The notes under the pieces were generated by a model. It was not told the origin of the DNA. It ran no database searches and saw nothing but the letters and a program-made list of their open reading frames with translations. Shown here piece by piece: positions 60,699 to 64,000 of a stretch of DNA of 64,000 bases. A program made the translations under genes and the position numbers. The DNA is taken from positions 1,859-65,858 of the forward strand of contig JAHWHG010000004.1 of NCBI GenBank assembly GCA_019323515.1. Reading direction: 5' to 3'. This stretch comes from Candidatus Woesearchaeota archaeon. GTDB lineage: Archaea > Nanobdellota > Nanobdellia > Woesearchaeales > JAHWHD01. The first letter of the stretch is position 1. The number at the start of each line of letters is the position of its first letter.

Positions 60699-61445
60699 TC
60701 ATAATTTGCAAGGAACATCAATAAATTCTGTATCAATATCAAACTTTTCTTTTAACAAATCTGCCAAAGCCATAACTCCAAGCTTTTCTGTGTTATAATG
60801 TCCTGCAAAAATCAAATTGATTTTGGATTCTTTAGCCAATGCATCCATGTGTTCCTTTGGTTCTCCTGTTATAAACACATCTGCTTTGCCAATAATGCTC
60901 TGGAATTCATAACCTCCTGCCCCAGATACAATAGCAACAGTCTTAATATTATCCCTCCCATGTTTCAAAAGAAGTGCCTCGGTTGAGAGTATACTATTGA
61001 TTTCATGCAATAGTTGGTTAATATCTTTTTCGGACTTAAATTCTCCAATATAACCAAGATCAAATTTTGCAAAGCGTTCCCTAACATCTAAAGCCAATTT
61101 TTTTAGTAACTGAGCATTGTTTCCGGAGTCGTAGTGTGCATCTAAAGGAAGATGGTACGCTAGAAGAGTTATGTCATTGTCAAATAATATCTTGAGGCGC
61201 TGCTTTGCGATATTATCAATTACTTTAGGATTGAAGTCTGCAATCAGGCCGTGGTGCAATATAATCATATCTGCCTTTTTCTCTACTGCTTTTTGAAATA
61301 ATTCTAATGATGGAGATACTCCTACAACAATCTTGTTGACTTCTTGCTTGCCAATTATCTGTAAGCCGTTCAGGATTTTATCTTCAAATTTAGATATTTC
61401 CAGAAATTCATCTAAATAATTAATAATCTTATCCCTTGGTACCAT
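60699..61445 (-). CDS. NIF3-family dinuclear metal-centre protein (GTP cyclohydrolase 1 type 2 homolog)
   Basis: MIILHHGL, YHLPLDAH, FITGE and AGHYNTE are NIF3 metal-ligand motifs. Confidence 0.8.
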   Translation of the reverse strand: MVPRDKIINYLDEFLEISKFEDKILNGLQIIGKQEVNKIVVGVSPSLELFQKAVEKKADMIILHHGLIADFNPKVIDNIAKQRLKILFDNDITLLAYHLPLDAHYDSGNNAQLLKKLALDVRERFAKFDLGYIGEFKSEKDINQLLHEINSILSTEALLLKHGRDNIKTVAIVSGAGGYEFQSIIGKADVFITGEPKEHMDALAKESKINLIFAGHYNTEKLGVMALADLLKEKFDIDTEFIDVPCKL

Positions 61446-61547
61446 TTTTAAGTATTGAACATTAAATCAAGCTAAATATATAAGATTTTCTGCGATTTTG
61501 TTATTACTAAAAAAGAAATAATTTGATAAAATTAATAAAAAGGTAAT

Positions 61548-63836
61548 TTAACCAACAAAGCTTCTGTCCTTTTCTTCTTTAATCTCTTTTGCTTTTGCAC
61601 GCTTGAAAGTGTCTCTTAAAGATTCATAAGCTTCAATCACTTCTTTTGTAACAGAAGGTTTTACCTTATCAAATGCTTTTTCAAAATGTTTTGATTTAAC
61701 CTCCTTAGCTTTCATATCTTCACGTAAAGCAAGGATTGCTGCTTCTCTGCATAATGATTCAATGTCTGCGCCAACATAACCTTCAGCTTTTTCAGAGAGT
61801 TTCTTTATGTCAACGTCTTTAGCAAGTGGCATTGATTTTGTATGAATTGCAAATACCTTTTCCCTTGTCTTTATATCAGGCACTCCAACATGGATAATCC
61901 TATCAAATCGTCCTGGTCTTAGTAACCCTGTATCTATAATGTCGGGTCTGTTAGAAGCTGCAATAACAACTACGTCGTGGAGCTCCTCTAATCCGTCAAT
62001 CTCTGTAAGTAGCTGGTTAACTACGCGCTCAGTCACATGCGAATCATGACTTAATCCACGTTTTGGTGCAATTGAGTCCATCTCGTCAAAGAAAATGATT
62101 GTAGGTGAGGTCTGTCTTGCTTTCTTGAACACTTCGCGAACTGCTCTTTCTGATTCGCCGACCCATTTTGAGAGCATCTCAGGACCTTTAACTAGTATGA
62201 AGTTAGCATCTGATTCGTTTGCAACAGCTTTTGCTAATAAAGTCTTGCCTGTACCTGGTGCACCATAAAGTAAAATCCCGCGCGGAGGTCTAATACCGAG
62301 TTTAGTGAAGGAAGCAGGGGTCTTTAGAGGCCATTCAACTGCTTCCTTAAGTTCCTGTTTAACATCCTCAAGGCCACCAACGTCGTCCCATTTAATATCT
62401 GGAACTTCTACAAGCACCTCTCTCATTGCAGAAGGACGTACCATCTTCAGAGCTTCCCTAAAATCCTTATTAGTAATGACTAATTTCTCAAGAAGTTCCG
62501 GAGGGATTGCTTGTTCTTCAGAAAGTTTAAGGTCTGGAAGAATCCTTCTAAGAACTACCATTGCTGCCTCTTTTGCCAAAGCCGAGAGGTCTGCGCCGAC
62601 AAACCCATAAGTTACTTCTGCAAGTTCCTTAAGGTTTACATTCTTATGCAAGGGCATGTTCCTTGTATGAATCTTTAAGATATTTAATCTGCCTCCTTTA
62701 TCAGGGACTCCAATTTCAATCTCCCTGTCAAATCTTCCTGGACGTCTTAAAGCAGGGTCTAGTGCATTAGGAATATTCGAGGCTGCAATTACAACAACCT
62801 TGCCACGAGATTTCAAACCGTCCATTAAAGCAAGAAGCTGTGCAACTACTCTTCTCTCAACCTCGCCTTTCATTTCTTCACGTTTTGGTGCAATTGCGTC
62901 AATTTCGTCAATGAATATAATCGCTGGAGAATTCTTTTCTGCTTCCTCAAACTTGTTCCTTAGATTTTCCTCTGACTGGCCATAGTACTTGCTCATTATT
63001 TCTGGACCATTAATTACAATGAAATGTGAATTTGTTTCATTTGCAACTGCTTTTGCCAGCAAGGTCTTACCTGTGCCTGGAGGACCATGTAGAAGGACTC
63101 CTTTTGGTGGTTCAATGCCAAGCCTTTCAAAAATCTCAGGGTGTTTAAGAGGAAGTTCTACCATCTCTCTGATCTTCTTGATTTCTTCATCAAGACCACC
63201 AATATCTTCATAAGTAACATCTGGAATCTTTTCTTCGTCGATATCAACTGCCTCAGGGTTTAGAATTATCTCAGTCAGGTCTGAGATTATAACTGCTTGC
63301 TTTGGATTTGTGTCTGCAATTACAAATTTAATATCTGCAAAACCTGAAAAACCCGGTACAGACATTTCATCGAATATAGAACTGAACATATCATCAAATG
63401 ATGAACCTGAAAGTGAAGTTCGCCTGCTTCTTGCACCTCCTAAACTTACAATATCCCCTTTCACAACAGCTCTTCCAAGAAGGCCGTGTTTGAAAGTCTC
63501 AGGAGAACCCCTAACAATCACACCTTTTGAAGCGGGAGCAATTGTAATCTTTTTTGCTTCTTTTACATCGATTAAGCGAACTTTAACATTTTCACCGATT
63601 CCTGAACCGCTGTTTCTTCTAATAATTCCATCCATTCTTATAATGTTCAAACCTATATCTCCAGGATAAGCGCGATCTGCAATAGCAACAGTTTTTCTAG
63701 TGCCTTCTATCTCTACTATCAATCCTGGACGTATACCAATCTTGCGCATATAGTCAGAATCAATCCTAACTATGCCTTTATTTACATCATCCTGTACTGC
63801 TTCAGCAACCTTTAATTCAATGTCTTTAACAGCCAT
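61548..63836 (-). CDS. cdc48: CDC48/VCP-type AAA+ ATPase (N domain plus D1 plus D2)
   Basis: The N-terminal double-psi barrel begins LKVAEA...GIVRID. There are two Walker A motifs ([30 protein letters not shown]), two Walker B motifs ([16 protein letters not shown]) and SRH regions. Confidence 0.93.
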   Translation of the reverse strand: MAVKDIELKVAEAVQDDVNKGIVRIDSDYMRKIGIRPGLIVEIEGTRKTVAIADRAYPGDIGLNIIRMDGIIRRNSGSGIGENVKVRLIDVKEAKKITIAPASKGVIVRGSPETFKHGLLGRAVVKGDIVSLGGARSRRTSLSGSSFDDMFSSIFDEMSVPGFSGFADIKFVIADTNPKQAVIISDLTEIILNPEAVDIDEEKIPDVTYEDIGGLDEEIKKIREMVELPLKHPEIFERLGIEPPKGVLLHGPPGTGKTLLAKAVANETNSHFIVINGPEIMSKYYGQSEENLRNKFEEAEKNSPAIIFIDEIDAIAPKREEMKGEVERRVVAQLLALMDGLKSRGKVVVIAASNIPNALDPALRRPGRFDREIEIGVPDKGGRLNILKIHTRNMPLHKNVNLKELAEVTYGFVGADLSALAKEAAMVVLRRILPDLKLSEEQAIPPELLEKLVITNKDFREALKMVRPSAMREVLVEVPDIKWDDVGGLEDVKQELKEAVEWPLKTPASFTKLGIRPPRGILLYGAPGTGKTLLAKAVANESDANFILVKGPEMLSKWVGESERAVREVFKKARQTSPTIIFFDEMDSIAPKRGLSHDSHVTERVVNQLLTEIDGLEELHDVVVIAASNRPDIIDTGLLRPGRFDRIIHVGVPDIKTREKVFAIHTKSMPLAKDVDIKKLSEKAEGYVGADIESLCREAAILALREDMKAKEVKSKHFEKAFDKVKPSVTKEVIEAYESLRDTFKRAKAKEIKEEKDRSFVG

Positions 63837-64000
63837 TTTTAGGTTATTTGATTAAGAAGTTGTAAATAAATATTTTGTTTTTATATATGAAGATTATAAA
63901 GTCAATACTTTATAAATAGATGTAGACAAATAGATGCAGACTTATAAGAAATAAAGAGGAGATAAGAAGATATAATTTAGAAAAAAGAATAAATGAATAT

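Noticed and set aside
1-64000. rRNA genes, intact IS elements, prophage structural genes, toxin-antitoxin pairs
   Set aside because: No rRNA-like conserved stretches, DDE/transposase ORFs with terminal repeats, or capsid/terminase-like ORFs were recognised. The PIN protein at 17625-18026 is the conserved Fcf1-like gene of the rpoE' operon, not a VapC toxin with an antitoxin partner.

Overview
This AT-rich window (roughly 35-38% GC by eye) is densely coding and clearly archaeal. It carries RNA polymerase subunits Rpo11/L and Rpo7/E', Spt4, the ribosomal proteins L1-P0-P1, S24e and S27ae, GatD/GatE, CDC48, TruD and intron-containing tRNAs. Small overlapping genes, K/E-rich protein tails, many secreted or hypothetical proteins and two giant ORFs suggest a DPANN-type small-genome archaeon; this is an inference. 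About 65 CDS and 2 tRNAs are supported. No rRNA, CRISPR array or intact IS element was seen.

The most striking region is 24.0-47.1 kb. It holds a 4364-aa ORF (signal peptide, coiled coil/TPR, GGDEF-like palm motifs, two Ser/Thr kinase domains) and a 2387-aa ORF (signal peptide, HEAT repeats, JAB-like HxH motif, minimal nucleotidyltransferase motif, complete adenosine-deaminase motif set). A small DNA-binding gene precedes each and is translationally coupled to the gene downstream of it. I flag this as a candidate undescribed nucleotide-modifying effector or defence locus.

Other notable signals:
- A 1.3-kb non-coding region (4474-5763) next to a Xer-type recombinase, packed with two short-repeat families.
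- A tRNA-Arg(CCU) with a tandemly duplicated 5' exon plus structured intron-like unit.
- A conserved hairpin element shared with the tRNA-Thr locus.
- A three-gene Lrp cassette bracketed by mosaic inverted repeats.
- An aberrant ribosomal stalk protein P0.
- A secreted lytic-transglycosylase-like protein.

All domain calls come from motif reading by eye and need HMM or structure confirmation.
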